The notes under the pieces: generated by a model
Database searches by the model: none
What the model was told of the DNA's origin: nothing
Seen by the model: the letters and a program-made list of their open reading frames with translations, nothing else
Position numbers and translations under genes: made by a program
Shown here: one piece after another, positions 1 to 10,638 of the stretch
Numbering within the stretch: position 1 is the first letter of the stretch
Layout: every line of letters begins with the position of its first letter
NCBI GenBank assembly: GCA_032718475.1
Contig: JAUCBJ010001051.1
Span: 1 to 64,000 of the forward strand
Direction of reading: 5' to 3'
DNA length: 64,000 bases
Source of the DNA: Nemertoderma westbladi
Lineage: Eukaryota > Animalia > Xenacoelomorpha

Positions 1-262
1 GGTCCAAGTGTCACAGAGCCGGCTCAAGAGGGTGTCATAAGTGACACCGCAGCTCTTTTATTCATTAATACTTATTTATTTGTACCTAATTTTAATTAAT
101 TAATTGTACTTTATTTTACTTTATTTATTCATTAGTACTTTATTTTAAATTAATTAATTGTATTACTTTTACTTTATACATTGATTTCTATTTTTAGATT
201 AATTAGTTTTTATAATACCAATGAGACACTATGACATAATGTCTATTTTTAACTTTATAATG
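1..262 (+). repeat. Left terminal inverted repeat (partial; truncated by window edge)
   Basis: ggtccaagtgtcacagagccggctcaagagggtgtcataagtgacaccgcagc is the exact reverse complement of 15481-15533. The AT-rich continuation matches 15060-15240. Confidence 0.9.
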
Positions 263-744
263 GCTATGGTATACGGCTCCCTACTGGCAACTATCAACTG
301 CGTTCATCGGCGGGGGCCCCTCCTCTGTCCTCATTATTCATTAACTAGATACAACAGGCAGTGAATCTACACGTATACCCCCAAGGCAAATATAAATGAG
401 CAGTCCCGTCTGTTAGCAGCCCCCCCTCGATGTCTCACTAATAATCCCAATGCGGCCTTGACTATACCAAATCCGTATATCGCCCAAGGCTAATGCTCTA
501 GCGGCCCTCCTTTGTTCTCACTATGGCATCACTTGGGTTCTTTCCTATATCCAGGCAGCCGCTATCATAACAATGAAGCGCCTCTAAACATGCATTCCTC
601 TCTACTAATTAATCCCTTTCCTTTGCACCAGGCCTGCTTCTGTTATACAGTCAACTCAACATAATTAGTCAATATGCCTACAGGAGTTTTCTAATATAGA
701 TTCATCAACACGAGAAGTTGCCCTGGTTACCGCTTATGCCTGAA

Positions 745-840
745 CAGCCAATCAGCGGGCTTCATTTCTACTGCTGCGTTCTGATTGGCTCATTTAAGAG
801 ACAAGGGCCCCCCTTAATAACCGAATTGCTATTTAATACG
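745..840 (+). promoter_or_regulatory. Putative Pol II promoter for the pPolB transcript
   Basis: Inverted CCAAT pair (agccaatcag ~747, ctgattggct ~781) and TATTTAA (~830). Downstream there is a GTAAGT donor (~1180) and pyrimidine-AG acceptors at ~1840 and ~1892, just before the ATG. Confidence 0.45.
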
Positions 841-1899
841 TCCCCACCAATATATTAGGTTCATCATTTCAATTGCAAGTTACGATTAACATCATTTACC
901 ATTATTTTGTTTTCGAATTTAATATTATTTATTTAAGAATATTTATTTGTTATCGTCAGTCAACTATCCAGTTGTATAGTTGTATTATTGTCATTTCGCC
1001 GCGTTATCGCTCATCGTCGTCAACAAACTTTCCGCGTATCCGTCGCGTAATATTTTTCCGATACCACTCCGTTCTATCGCTGTATCGGTAAATAAATTCT
1101 CTCGTCGTCCACGTCAACCAACTTCCTTGTCGCCACCGAACTTCCAAACTTCATCTTTCCGTGAATATTTACTAATACCGTAAGTAAAATCTGCCTTCCA
1201 CCATCTGACGGTACTATCGATGCCGCTAGCAAACAATTTACATTTATTATCTACCGGTACAATAGTATTGCAGTAGGCTCACTATTAATTACTGTCAGAC
1301 TGCGGTGGTACCGATAGCCTAAACCATGATCGAAGCATTCGATCAATAGGCCTAAATGTGTCTATCTGCTTGTCTACCCAACTACCGGTACCGCATCATT
1401 CGAGTTAGCCTAGTGCCACTATAGTAGCAATATAGACCCTACTGAACAACACTGAATACTGCAGTTTTCAATATATATCCTACTGACTAATTGAGATCTC
1501 ACACAGCGATTAGCTAGGCCTATCGTTGATTTGTATTGGTTAACGCTACCGGTACGTCTGACTTATAGCAGACTATATCACTAGCACTACTGCATTGACT
1601 GACTGTTGACTGCTGTTTATAGACCCTCTTTCCACGAATAATAACTGCCATGGCTATTGTGTCTTGGCTATCGCCACTATCTGGCAGCTGGTACACTAAC
1701 ACTACCACACTAGACACTGCCGACTGTCTGCTTTATGTTTCACTGACTGATTGCTACAATACAGCAATAGGCCTAACTGTACAAACACAGTATTGTTGCC
1801 TAGTAACCGATTAATATCCACTGTTTTACTTTATTTTTAGCAAGTATACAGTATTTTTTATTTTTTTATAAATAATCAACGTATTTTTCTAGATTCAAG

Positions 1900-4800
1900 A
1901 TGCCAAGATCAACAAATAAAGTTAGCTGTCCCATCTGCGACAAAGAGATGCGGAGTGATAATCTAAAATCCCACATTAAAATTCATTTCGCGCAATATAG
2001 ATGCGACTGTTGTTCGACTTGGTCCTCGGAAAAGAAGACACTGGTTGGCCATCTGCTATCGTGTCCTCAGGGGGGAACAGGATTTAGTTACGTAAACGAG
2101 CCAGCCGATTGCCGCTGCGGGGATTCGCTCACCCTATCATCCTTTTCTGAGCATGAATGCTATACTCGACTTTTTTCGCGGAAACGCAAAACTCCGACTA
2201 CCTCCCACTCATCCCCCATCAACTCTACTCCAGAACAAGTCGGCGGCGGCGGCTCCAATAATGAACCTTCAACTTCGCGAGATTCTATTTCCCCAAACAA
2301 TCCATTTCAACCACCCTCCAATGGAAGCGCACACAGACGACTGTTTACCTATAACAATGACCTCGCAGAAACAAGACTCGACGCTGAATTAACATTAAAC
2401 GAAAATTTTCCACACATTCAAGAACACGTTAGTAGCCATCTACAAAGTGCTTTGGGAACTTTTTTAAGAGTCTGGCTTACAATCAATATCGTAATGGAGC
2501 GTGAAACGAGCGAGGGATTTCAAATTGAATCTTTCTGTTTTAAATCTAGCGGTAACAATAATCAAATTCTAAATAATAGCGACTTTAATAACTGGTTTTC
2601 TAGCGCCGTCAATCGTATCGATCAACTGTTAAGCGTGTTTCTCTGTCTCGGCTCGGGTTGGCGCATAATAGCCATCGAGCGAATAACTATTGAGATTGCG
2701 CGGTCCCAACGCAACCCCTATTTAAAGGGTCAAGGCTTCAATAATTCTAAATTATTATTAAATAAAAAATGTACCGTAAGCGTAGACTGCCCGCTGGGGG
2801 AATGCTTTAAATATGCAGTATTGGTCGCCGCAAATTATAAGAAAATTGATAGAAAAAATAATAATATCAAAAGAATTTCAACGTATACTCCTTTCCTAAA
2901 CATGTTTGATTTTTCCAATTTAAGTTTCCCGGTGGACAGAGTAACTGGTATTCCCCAGTTTCTGAAAGCAAACCCTATATACTGTATAAACCTTCTTTAT
3001 TGGAGTAATACGGAAGAACTCTCCATTCTAAGTCAACCAGATAGCGCGCACTGTTCCGGTAAAACTGTACTAAACTTATTATTTATCGAAGCAACAAGCA
3101 AAAACCCCGCCCACTACGTAGCTATTACTAACATAGATAGATTAATAAATACTAAAGCTACTTCTACTGGCAACAAGACGCACTGCGAACGCTGTCTCAG
3201 AGCCTTTTACACTGACAAATCATTGGGAGAACATCGAGAGCGCTGCTATACGGGTAAACGCCAACTCGAGTATATGCCCGAAAATCTCTTGGTTAAATTT
3301 GATAGGTACGATAAGACTCTATCCCCTCCTTTCTGTATATACGCCGACATTGAAACTATTCTAGAACCTACAAACAATATTAAACTCCCACAGAAACATA
3401 TAGCTAGCGCGGCAGCCTTTTATACAGTACCAAATCAGAAATTAATTAACCCTCCTAAAACAGATGTTCAAATTTTCCGTGACGATGGCAGTAACCACGT
3501 AATGCGCGACTTTCTAACCGCTATGGAAAGTCATTGTAGGGAGTTATACGATTGGTCCATTTCTAGTACAAACACGCGCGCCCCCATGCAACTCACTACT
3601 AGCCAACAAACTGACTTTAATAACGCTACACAATGCTACGTCTGCAACTGTAATTTAACCCCCGATTCTCATAATTTAAACCTCAATGACAATCTCAGCA
3701 CCAAAGTCCGCGATCATGATCATTATAGCGGGGAGTATCGAGGGGCTTCTTGCGTTAGCTGCAACAGGAAACTTTCCCTAAAACGGAATAATTTTTATAT
3801 TATATTTCATAACTTGAGGAAATTCGATATGCATTTACTACTAAAAGAAGGAATGACCGATAGTTCTAGAACACACTGGAAAATGACTGTAATACCAAAA
3901 AACACCGAAACTTATATTCACCTTAAAGTTAGCTTTCCAATCGATCCGAGTACACCAACAGCCAACGCTAAAGAAAGTATCTCCATTAATTTTCTAGATT
4001 CCTATCAGTTTATGACTGCCAGCCTAGATAATCTTAGTAGTTATCTCACTAAAAATAATAGTAACCTAGCAACAGCCATACCCCATACACTAGCTCAAAT
4101 GACCCAACTCTATCCCAACATTAGCGATAACACAATAAAAAACAAGGGCGTATTCCCATATTCCTACATTCAAAATATTTCAAACCTACACGAAACTACA
4201 CTCCCCCCAATAGAAAGCTTCTATAATGATCTCAAATTGGAACAATGTAGCGCAGACAACTATCAGCGCGCGCTTACTACTTGGGATGAATTAAACTGCG
4301 CAACAATCTTCGACTATATGATTGGCTATTTGGTTCTAGACGTTACCCTATTGGCTGATACTTTCGAGCAGTTCCGATCCCTCTGTCTTACTAATTATGG
4401 ACTCGAGCCCCTAATGTACTTCACTGCCCCGGGATTAACTTACGACGCGGCGCTGAAATTCACGCAATCAGAAATTCAATTACTATCAGACGCTTCCATC
4501 TACTCGGACTTTGAAACAAATATTAGGGGTGGTCTAGTTTTCTTGAATACACATTCTGTAGACGCAAATATTCCCGATAAACCCGACTACGACTCCAGTC
4601 TCCCCGAGAAATATCTAATTCCCATCGATGCGAATAACCTTTACGGCTGCGCCCTGAGCCAGAAACTTCCCTACGCTAATATTAAACTCGTAACTACCCC
4701 CATAGACCTAGCTACAGTAGACGCGAGCGGGGACACTGGTTATTATTGCATAGTTGATCTACATTACCCGAAAGAAATTCATGATTTGACCGCCGATCTG

Positions 4801-5955
4801 CCTCTAGGAGCGGAGAAGATGTCAGTCCCTAAATCCTTTCTTAGCGAATACATGGAAGATCTTTGGGAGCATTACAATCTCACCGATACGGCTACCTGTA
4901 GACCATACAACGATACCTGTACTAAGCTACTACTACATCAGTTTAATAAGGTTGAATACGGTATCCATATTAAGCTACTTCAACTCTATTTGAAGCTCGG
5001 TCTTAAACTTACACAAGTACATAGGGTCTACTCTTTCTCACAAAAATATATTTTCAAGGACTATATTAGTTTTAATACGAATAAAAGACAGTCGGCAAAT
5101 AACCCATTCGAGGTCCTATTTTATAAGTTGATGAACAATGCCTTGTATGGGAAATGCCTCCAAAAGGTTAGAGACCGCGTTTCTTTCAGGTTATGCAATA
5201 GCGACGAACAATGCGATTTGCTCTTAGCCAAGCCCAATCACGAATCGTTTGTTGTCTTTACCCCCAACTTGAGTGGGCATACTTTCACTAAAGAGGCTGT
5301 TTGCCTAAATCAGGGCGTGTTCATCGGTTGCACTATACTAGATCTATCTAAGCTACAGATGTACGACCTATTTTACAACAAACTGAAGCCTCTAGAACAA
5401 AAACTGGGTTGCCAGATTCGCTGTCTAGCCGGTGACACGGATTCTCTAATGCTAAGCGTAACTAATGCACCACAGCTAACCTTTCTACGGGCAATGTTTG
5501 AGGATGGTTTCCTAGATACTTCCAACTACAGTACAACACATCCACTCTATACCATTAAACATAAAGCGGCTCTCGGCTTCGTAAAAGATGAGAGCTGCGG
5601 TTTGCAGTATAAACAGTGGGTTTTCCTTAAACCAAAGGTCTACAGTTTTCAATCCTATGATGCCCCAATCAAGAAAACCGCCAAAGGTGTATCTAGATCG
5701 GTTGTCGCTAAGCAACTAACACACGAGGATTATGCAGACTGTTTTGAAAACGAGGCAATGCTCTTCCGCTATAACTCTACCTTCACTTCTAGAAAGCATC
5801 AAATTTTTACTGGTCATGTCTATAAGAAGGCACTAACGCTCTGGGATACGAAATCATATTGGAGTAGTAAATATAGCAGCAAACCATACGGGCACTATAG
5901 CACTAAGCTTGTTAGACCGGCGAAACGAGTAGTAATCCCCCCTACTAGGATTTAA
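1900..5955 (+). CDS. Protein-primed family-B DNA polymerase (Polinton/adintovirus type) with N-terminal C2H2 finger and internal HNH/endonuclease-VII-like domain
   Basis: ExoI YADIET, ExoII FHNLRKFD, ExoIII YLVLDV; Pol motifs DANNLYG, KLMNNALYGK, GDTDSL, KPKVY, KTAKGV; CYVC...VRDHDHYSGEYRGASCVSCN; N-terminal CPICDKEMRSDNLKSHIKIH. The 1351-aa ORF is uninterrupted. Confidence 0.95.
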   Translation: MPRSTNKVSCPICDKEMRSDNLKSHIKIHFAQYRCDCCSTWSSEKKTLVGHLLSCPQGGTGFSYVNEPADCRCGDSLTLSSFSEHECYTRLFSRKRKTPTTSHSSPINSTPEQVGGGGSNNEPSTSRDSISPNNPFQPPSNGSAHRRLFTYNNDLAETRLDAELTLNENFPHIQEHVSSHLQSALGTFLRVWLTINIVMERETSEGFQIESFCFKSSGNNNQILNNSDFNNWFSSAVNRIDQLLSVFLCLGSGWRIIAIERITIEIARSQRNPYLKGQGFNNSKLLLNKKCTVSVDCPLGECFKYAVLVAANYKKIDRKNNNIKRISTYTPFLNMFDFSNLSFPVDRVTGIPQFLKANPIYCINLLYWSNTEELSILSQPDSAHCSGKTVLNLLFIEATSKNPAHYVAITNIDRLINTKATSTGNKTHCERCLRAFYTDKSLGEHRERCYTGKRQLEYMPENLLVKFDRYDKTLSPPFCIYADIETILEPTNNIKLPQKHIASAAAFYTVPNQKLINPPKTDVQIFRDDGSNHVMRDFLTAMESHCRELYDWSISSTNTRAPMQLTTSQQTDFNNATQCYVCNCNLTPDSHNLNLNDNLSTKVRDHDHYSGEYRGASCVSCNRKLSLKRNNFYIIFHNLRKFDMHLLLKEGMTDSSRTHWKMTVIPKNTETYIHLKVSFPIDPSTPTANAKESISINFLDSYQFMTASLDNLSSYLTKNNSNLATAIPHTLAQMTQLYPNISDNTIKNKGVFPYSYIQNISNLHETTLPPIESFYNDLKLEQCSADNYQRALTTWDELNCATIFDYMIGYLVLDVTLLADTFEQFRSLCLTNYGLEPLMYFTAPGLTYDAALKFTQSEIQLLSDASIYSDFETNIRGGLVFLNTHSVDANIPDKPDYDSSLPEKYLIPIDANNLYGCALSQKLPYANIKLVTTPIDLATVDASGDTGYYCIVDLHYPKEIHDLTADLPLGAEKMSVPKSFLSEYMEDLWEHYNLTDTATCRPYNDTCTKLLLHQFNKVEYGIHIKLLQLYLKLGLKLTQVHRVYSFSQKYIFKDYISFNTNKRQSANNPFEVLFYKLMNNALYGKCLQKVRDRVSFRLCNSDEQCDLLLAKPNHESFVVFTPNLSGHTFTKEAVCLNQGVFIGCTILDLSKLQMYDLFYNKLKPLEQKLGCQIRCLAGDTDSLMLSVTNAPQLTFLRAMFEDGFLDTSNYSTTHPLYTIKHKAALGFVKDESCGLQYKQWVFLKPKVYSFQSYDAPIKKTAKGVSRSVVAKQLTHEDYADCFENEAMLFRYNSTFTSRKHQIFTGHVYKKALTLWDTKSYWSSKYSSKPYGHYSTKLVRPAKRVVIPPTRI

Positions 5956-5969
5956 TTTTATTTTTCTAG

Positions 5970-6489
5970 AATAAGAAATTGAACAACAAAATAGAAATAA
6001 CCAATAAACAGTTTACCGGAAAAAACATTGCCAAATTTGAACTAGAGAAAATTTCACAGCAAATTACAGGTCAAAGTTGCTTAAAACCAAACATGTTTAT
6101 CTACAAAGGTGACGATTCAACTTTAATGCTATTTCCCAGCGGCGCAGTAACAATTGTAGGCCTGTGCAATAATTTAGCTAGTGAATTGCTTTATTTAAAA
6201 CAAACTATTGGTATGCAATTACAAAATTTGAAACTTAATACCGAAACACGAACTATTATTTTTCCAAGTGTTAATTTTAAATTATTAATGAAAAAATGTG
6301 GACATCATATAATTAATAATAAAGCAATATTTATTAGCTATACCCCCGAATTATTTTGCGCGATTAGAATATATATAGGACGTGCATATATATTTCAGTG
6401 TATTTCATAGTAATAAAATCGTTTCCATGTGTCCTTCCGGTGAATTCCCCGGATCATTATCTATTTTACAAACTTTATTATTAAATTAG
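5970..6489 (+). CDS. Divergent TATA-binding-protein-like gene (two TBP half-repeats; one frameshift near 6390; no ATG, starts at a splice acceptor)
   Basis: MFIYKGDDSTLMLFPSGAVTIVG resembles the TBP strand pattern (LIF.SGK.V.TG). FISYTPELFCAIRI resembles FSSYEPELFPGLIY. A +1 shift in an AT run continues FSVFHSNKIVSMC...LLN*. Total length is ~173 aa, the size of a TBP core. Confidence 0.7.
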
Positions 6490-6554
6490 TTTATTTACTA
6501 TGGTATACATGAAAGTTTACTATATTATTTATTTTGTGTTGGTTTTATTTTTCC

Positions 6555-8140
6555 GTGAGTAGGGTTTGTATCCGTGACCATCCGTGTTACCTACTTTTTA
6601 TAATTGCATTAGTAGGACTCGAACCCTGGTTTAACTTATTTTGTGTTGGTTTTATAATGGTCGCGAGTAGGGATTGAACCCGTGACCTCCTGTTTATTTT
6701 CCATAAAACGGGATACGACTAGGGATCGAACCTGTGACCAGATGTTTTCCTATTTTGTGTTTAGTTTAGATATTCTAGTTATTCTATGTTTAACTTATTT
6801 TATGTTGGTTTTATATTGGTCGCGAGTAGGGATTGAACCCGTGACCATCTGTTTATCCTATTTTGTGTTTACTTTTTATATTTTTCCATAAAACGGGATA
6901 CGAGAAGGGATTGAGCCCGTGACCTGCTGTTTTTCCTATTTTGTGTTTAGTTTAGGTACTCTAGTTATTCTATGTATACTTTTTATATTTTTCATAAAAC
7001 GGACACGAGTACGGGTCGAACCTATGACCATCTGTTTATCCTATTTTGTGTTTAGTTTAGTTACTCTATGTTAAAGTGAATTTGCACCTTATATTTATGT
7101 TAAATTATAAATTTATGTTACAATTATTATTTATATTATAAAAAACAGTTAAAGTGAATTTCATATCATATTTATGTTAAAATATAAATTTATGCTACAA
7201 TTATTATTTATATTATAAAAACAGAAATATTCGAGTTATATTGCATTATATATTTTACATTGAAGTGGAATACTTTAGATGTTGGGGGACTCTGGTTTGC
7301 GAGGGATATTTGAATGGTGAGTATAACTATCCTTGAGAGCTAGTGCAACGCTATCTCACTATGGATGGGCTTTACCACTGTACTCGCATCCGCTCTCTCA
7401 TTGGCTGCTCGATGCCTCCGATTAAGGGTCTAAGACCTTCAAGCTGATCATTTGCTTAGTTTTCTAATTAGAAGGTCGTGAGTTTGCACCCTAGAAGAGC
7501 ATTATTCTTTTTCCTAGCTCTTGGTTAACTCTAGCATACACTCTAGCTTTGACTCTCCCGGAGATAGTGATAGTATGCAACCTTGGGAGTTAATGTGAGA
7601 ATATATTTCAGTGTATTTCATAGTAATAAAATAGTTTCCATGTGTCCTGCTGGTGAATTCCCTGGATCATTATCTATTTTACAAACTTTATTATTAAATT
7701 AGTTTATTTACTATGGTATTCATGAAAGTTTACTATATTATTTATTTTGTGTTGGTTTTTATTTTTCCGTGAGTAGGGTTTGAATCCGTGTCCATCCGTG
7801 TTACCTACTTTTTATAATTGCATTAGTAGGACTCGAACCCTGGTTTAACTTATTTTGTGTTGGTTTTATAATGGTTGCGAGTAGGGATTGAACCCGTGAC
7901 CTCCTGTTTATTTTCCATAAAACGGGATACGACTAGGGATCGAACCTGTGACCAGATGTTTTCCTATTTTGTGTTTAGTTTAGGTATTCTAGTTATTCTA
8001 TGTTTAACTTATTTTATGTTGGTTTTATATTGGTCGCGAGTAGGGATTGAACCCGTGACCATCTGTTTTTCCTATTTTGTGTTTACTTTTTATAATTCCC
8101 ATAAAACGGGATACGAGTAGGGATTGAGCCTGTGAGCATA
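6555..8140 (-). repeat. Array of ~13 tRNA T-arm/B-box-like motifs in two clusters (6555-7030, 7770-8140)
   Basis: Minus-strand units such as GGTCACGGGTTCAATCCCTACTCGCGACCA, GGTCACAGGTTCGATCCCTAGTC and CAGGGTTCGAGTCCTACT, separated by AT-rich spacers. Confidence 0.75.
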
Positions 8141-8361
8141 TGTTTTTCCTATTTTACCTCTTCTTCTCCATCTTTCTCACTCAAATTTTCCTCATTTTCT
8201 AGGGGTAACTGTTTTTGTATCCCTTTCAAAATATTCACAACTTTATGAAATTTATTTTCCATTGGCTGTTTTATATTTAATATATCACGCTCATCTCTCT
8301 TTTTCTTTTCATCTTCACTAAAATATCTTCGGATTTTTTAAATTTTTTGGTAACGGAGCCA

Positions 8362-8454
8362 TTAGTTTTCCTTTCTATGTGTTTCCATATGACGAGATAA
8401 ATTGTCTTGTCTCATTTCTTTATTACAAACCAAACAACTTTCATGGCTATGCAT
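8362..8454 (-). CDS. 30-aa micro-ORF or remnant encoding a single C2H2 zinc finger
   Basis: Manual translation gives MHSHESCLVCNKEMRQDNLSRHMETHRKEN*, clearly similar to the pPolB N-terminal SCPICDKEMRSDNLKSHIKIH. Confidence 0.5.
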   Translation of the reverse strand: MHSHESCLVCNKEMRQDNLSRHMETHRKEN

Positions 8455-9128
8455 TATATAGCAATGTCATTTGATAATATTGAATTTTCACATTATATTT
8501 ATATTAAATTATAAATTTATGCTACAATTATTATTTATATTATAAAAACAGAAATATTCGAGTTATATTGCATTATATATTTTATATTGAAGTGGAATAC
8601 TTTAGATGTTGGGGGACTCTGGTTTGCGAGGGATATTTGAATGGTGAGTATAACTATCCTTGAGAGCTAGTGCAACGCTATCTCACTATGGATGGGCTTT
8701 ACCACTGTACTCGCATCCGCTCTCTCATTGGCTGCTCGATGCCTCCGATTAAGGGTCTAAGACCTTCAAGCTGATCATTTGCTTAGTTTTCTAATTAGAA
8801 GGTCGTGAGTTTGCACCCTAGAAGAGCATTATTCTTTTTCCTAGCTCTTGGTTAACTCTAGCATACACTCTAGCTTTGACTCTCCCGGCTATAGTGATAG
8901 TATGCAACCTTGGGAGTTAACGTGAGTAAAGACCAAGAGATTAGACTTCAGGCTCCCTCTATTGCTTCATTCTTCTTAACTTTATAAAATAACTCAACCC
9001 GTATTTAAAGTTTTAAAAATTATGACTTAGTCGACTAATTTTCCAAAGTATATATTATAAAAACATATAATTTCTTGAATAAATAGACCTAATAGTAATA
9101 AATAATGTGGGGGTAAATACATTTATAA

Positions 9129-9933
9129 TTAAGGTAACTGTAGCTCGAGACTGGGGCAATCAAGTGTTCTAACTAAGGTTCTATAGCAACTCCGATAGGC
9201 AATGATCGATAATGGTGGGGTCCCTGAGAGTAGATAGAGTGTATTATTCTCCAAATAGTTCCCAAGAAGTAAGAGGCCGCGTTGCACCTTGCGGTGGTAG
9301 GCGTCGAGTTTGTCGATATCCTTTCGGCGTAGGGATCCAATAGTCAGAGTTAATCTGTAGATTATGACAGGGACGGCGAGTGTGTTCCACATCTTAAAGA
9401 TGGTCTCTAGGTTGAGCCACCTTGCTGTCCATCCTTTGGTATGGAAAACTTGCGACATCATGGCTATTGTCTGGATAACATCGTGGAGGTTGCTAGCGGG
9501 GTTAGAATTTCCCAGTTTGTGTCCGAGGAATTTCAGATGGTTCGACATTTGGATTAGTGATCCGTTGACTGTAATGAAACATTCCTTGTGGGTCATATAG
9601 TTACGGTTTAGGATCGTCCATTTTGTTTTCTTCATGTCGATTTGGAGGGATACCAGAGCGGCTTCCTGTATGAGTATTTCGCACATCTTCTCGACGGATT
9701 TAAGCGAGGTTCCCAGGAGTAGGTAATCATCAGCATAGGCCACTGTACCAAGCCAGGATGTGTCAATTCGGCATCCGAGGTTACTATGTTCTATTCTGCT
9801 TAAGATGTTGGAGGTGTAAAGATTGTAGAGGATAGGTGAGATGAGTGATCCCTGTTTCAATCCCCGCGAGACTTTTATTGGAGTTGGGTCGACTAGATCG
9901 CCGAATTTGAGGAAGATTTTGCTCGATCCAAAC
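9129..9933 (-). pseudogene. 5'-truncated non-LTR reverse transcriptase (RT domains 4-7 plus thumb) inside the Polinton
   Basis: FGSSKIFLKFGDLVDPTPIKVSRGLKQGSLISPILYNLY...AYADD...KFLG. The frame is open for ~267 codons and the N-terminal RT domains are absent. Confidence 0.85.
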
Positions 9934-10218
9934 TAAGCTAAGATAAGGCAAATACTGTAAGGAGTAACTGTAAGGGACAACTGCGCTCCCAATCTCGCTC
10001 GCCGGCCGGTCCTCATGCAAATTTAGCCTATGAGAAAATAAATAATTTATTTTATAATTAAATAATAATTTATTATTTAAGTAATTGCTTTATAGCCATC
10101 TTGGTAATTCTTATAACTTTAAAATTATTGTAATTACTCAAATTAATTTCTATACTCAATTTGCTTATTGCTTTAACCTATTTTATTATATCATATTATA
10201 AAGGAATGTTAGTATTAA

Positions 10219-10638
10219 TTAAAACTTACACCATGGTTCCTCCCTGAAATCCTCTGTTTCCTCCCAGTTTTCCTGGGGAAAAGGGTAAAGGAAACGTTGT
10301 TCCTCAGCCGCTGCTATCTCTTTCTGAACATATTCCTGGTACAAATACTGATCGTACCAGTTGGAGGAGGTCCGAAGCCCTTCCACTCGCGCTTCCTCCA
10401 ATGCTCGAATCTCGAGCTCTCGATTAACCAAATCTTCCTCCCACGCCATCTCCTCTTCCTGATCCCTCATATAACGGACATAGGGAGTGACCGCTTCCGA
10501 CCTGCTCTCCATGGTCTGTGTACCGACGCTTCTGGTTGCGGTTGTGTTGGTAGCGTTGGATATGGTGGTGACGGGTGTAGCTGTGATGGAGACCGGTGTT
10601 ACGGAGGCGGCTAGCTGGGTGCTGGTGGTGGAATCCAT
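10219..10638 (-). CDS. Small orphan protein: Thr-rich N-terminus, TQT motif, acidic helical C-terminus
   Basis: ATG at MDSTTS; TATATAAA on the minus strand at ~10779-10786; GC-rich coding island; GTAAGT donor at ~10230 and TTTTCTCATAG acceptor at ~10029. Confidence 0.6.
   Translation of the reverse strand: MDSTTSTQLAASVTPVSITATPVTTISNATNTTATRSVGTQTMESRSEAVTPYVRYMRDQEEEMAWEEDLVNRELEIRALEEARVEGLRTSSNWYDQYLYQEYVQKEIAAAEEQRFLYPFPQENWEETEDFREEPWCKF

Larger units (their letters stand above)
6388..8925 (+). repeat. Internal direct duplications (6388-~6950 = 7600-8155; ~7170-7598 = ~8500-8925)
   Basis: Near-identical blocks seen directly. The ORF track gives near-identical peptides at 6682 and 7875. 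Confidence 0.9.

Noticed and set aside
6555-8140. tRNA gene cluster or CRISPR-like array
   Set aside because: Only T-arm/3' portions are present, with no D-arm or anticodon arm. Spacers are themselves repetitive, there are no cas genes, and the context is eukaryotic.
9930-10230. Spliced fusion of the TQT protein to the RT fragment
   Set aside because: The donor is phase 1. The nearest acceptor gives TGC TAA (stop), and the other acceptors do not enter the RT frame.
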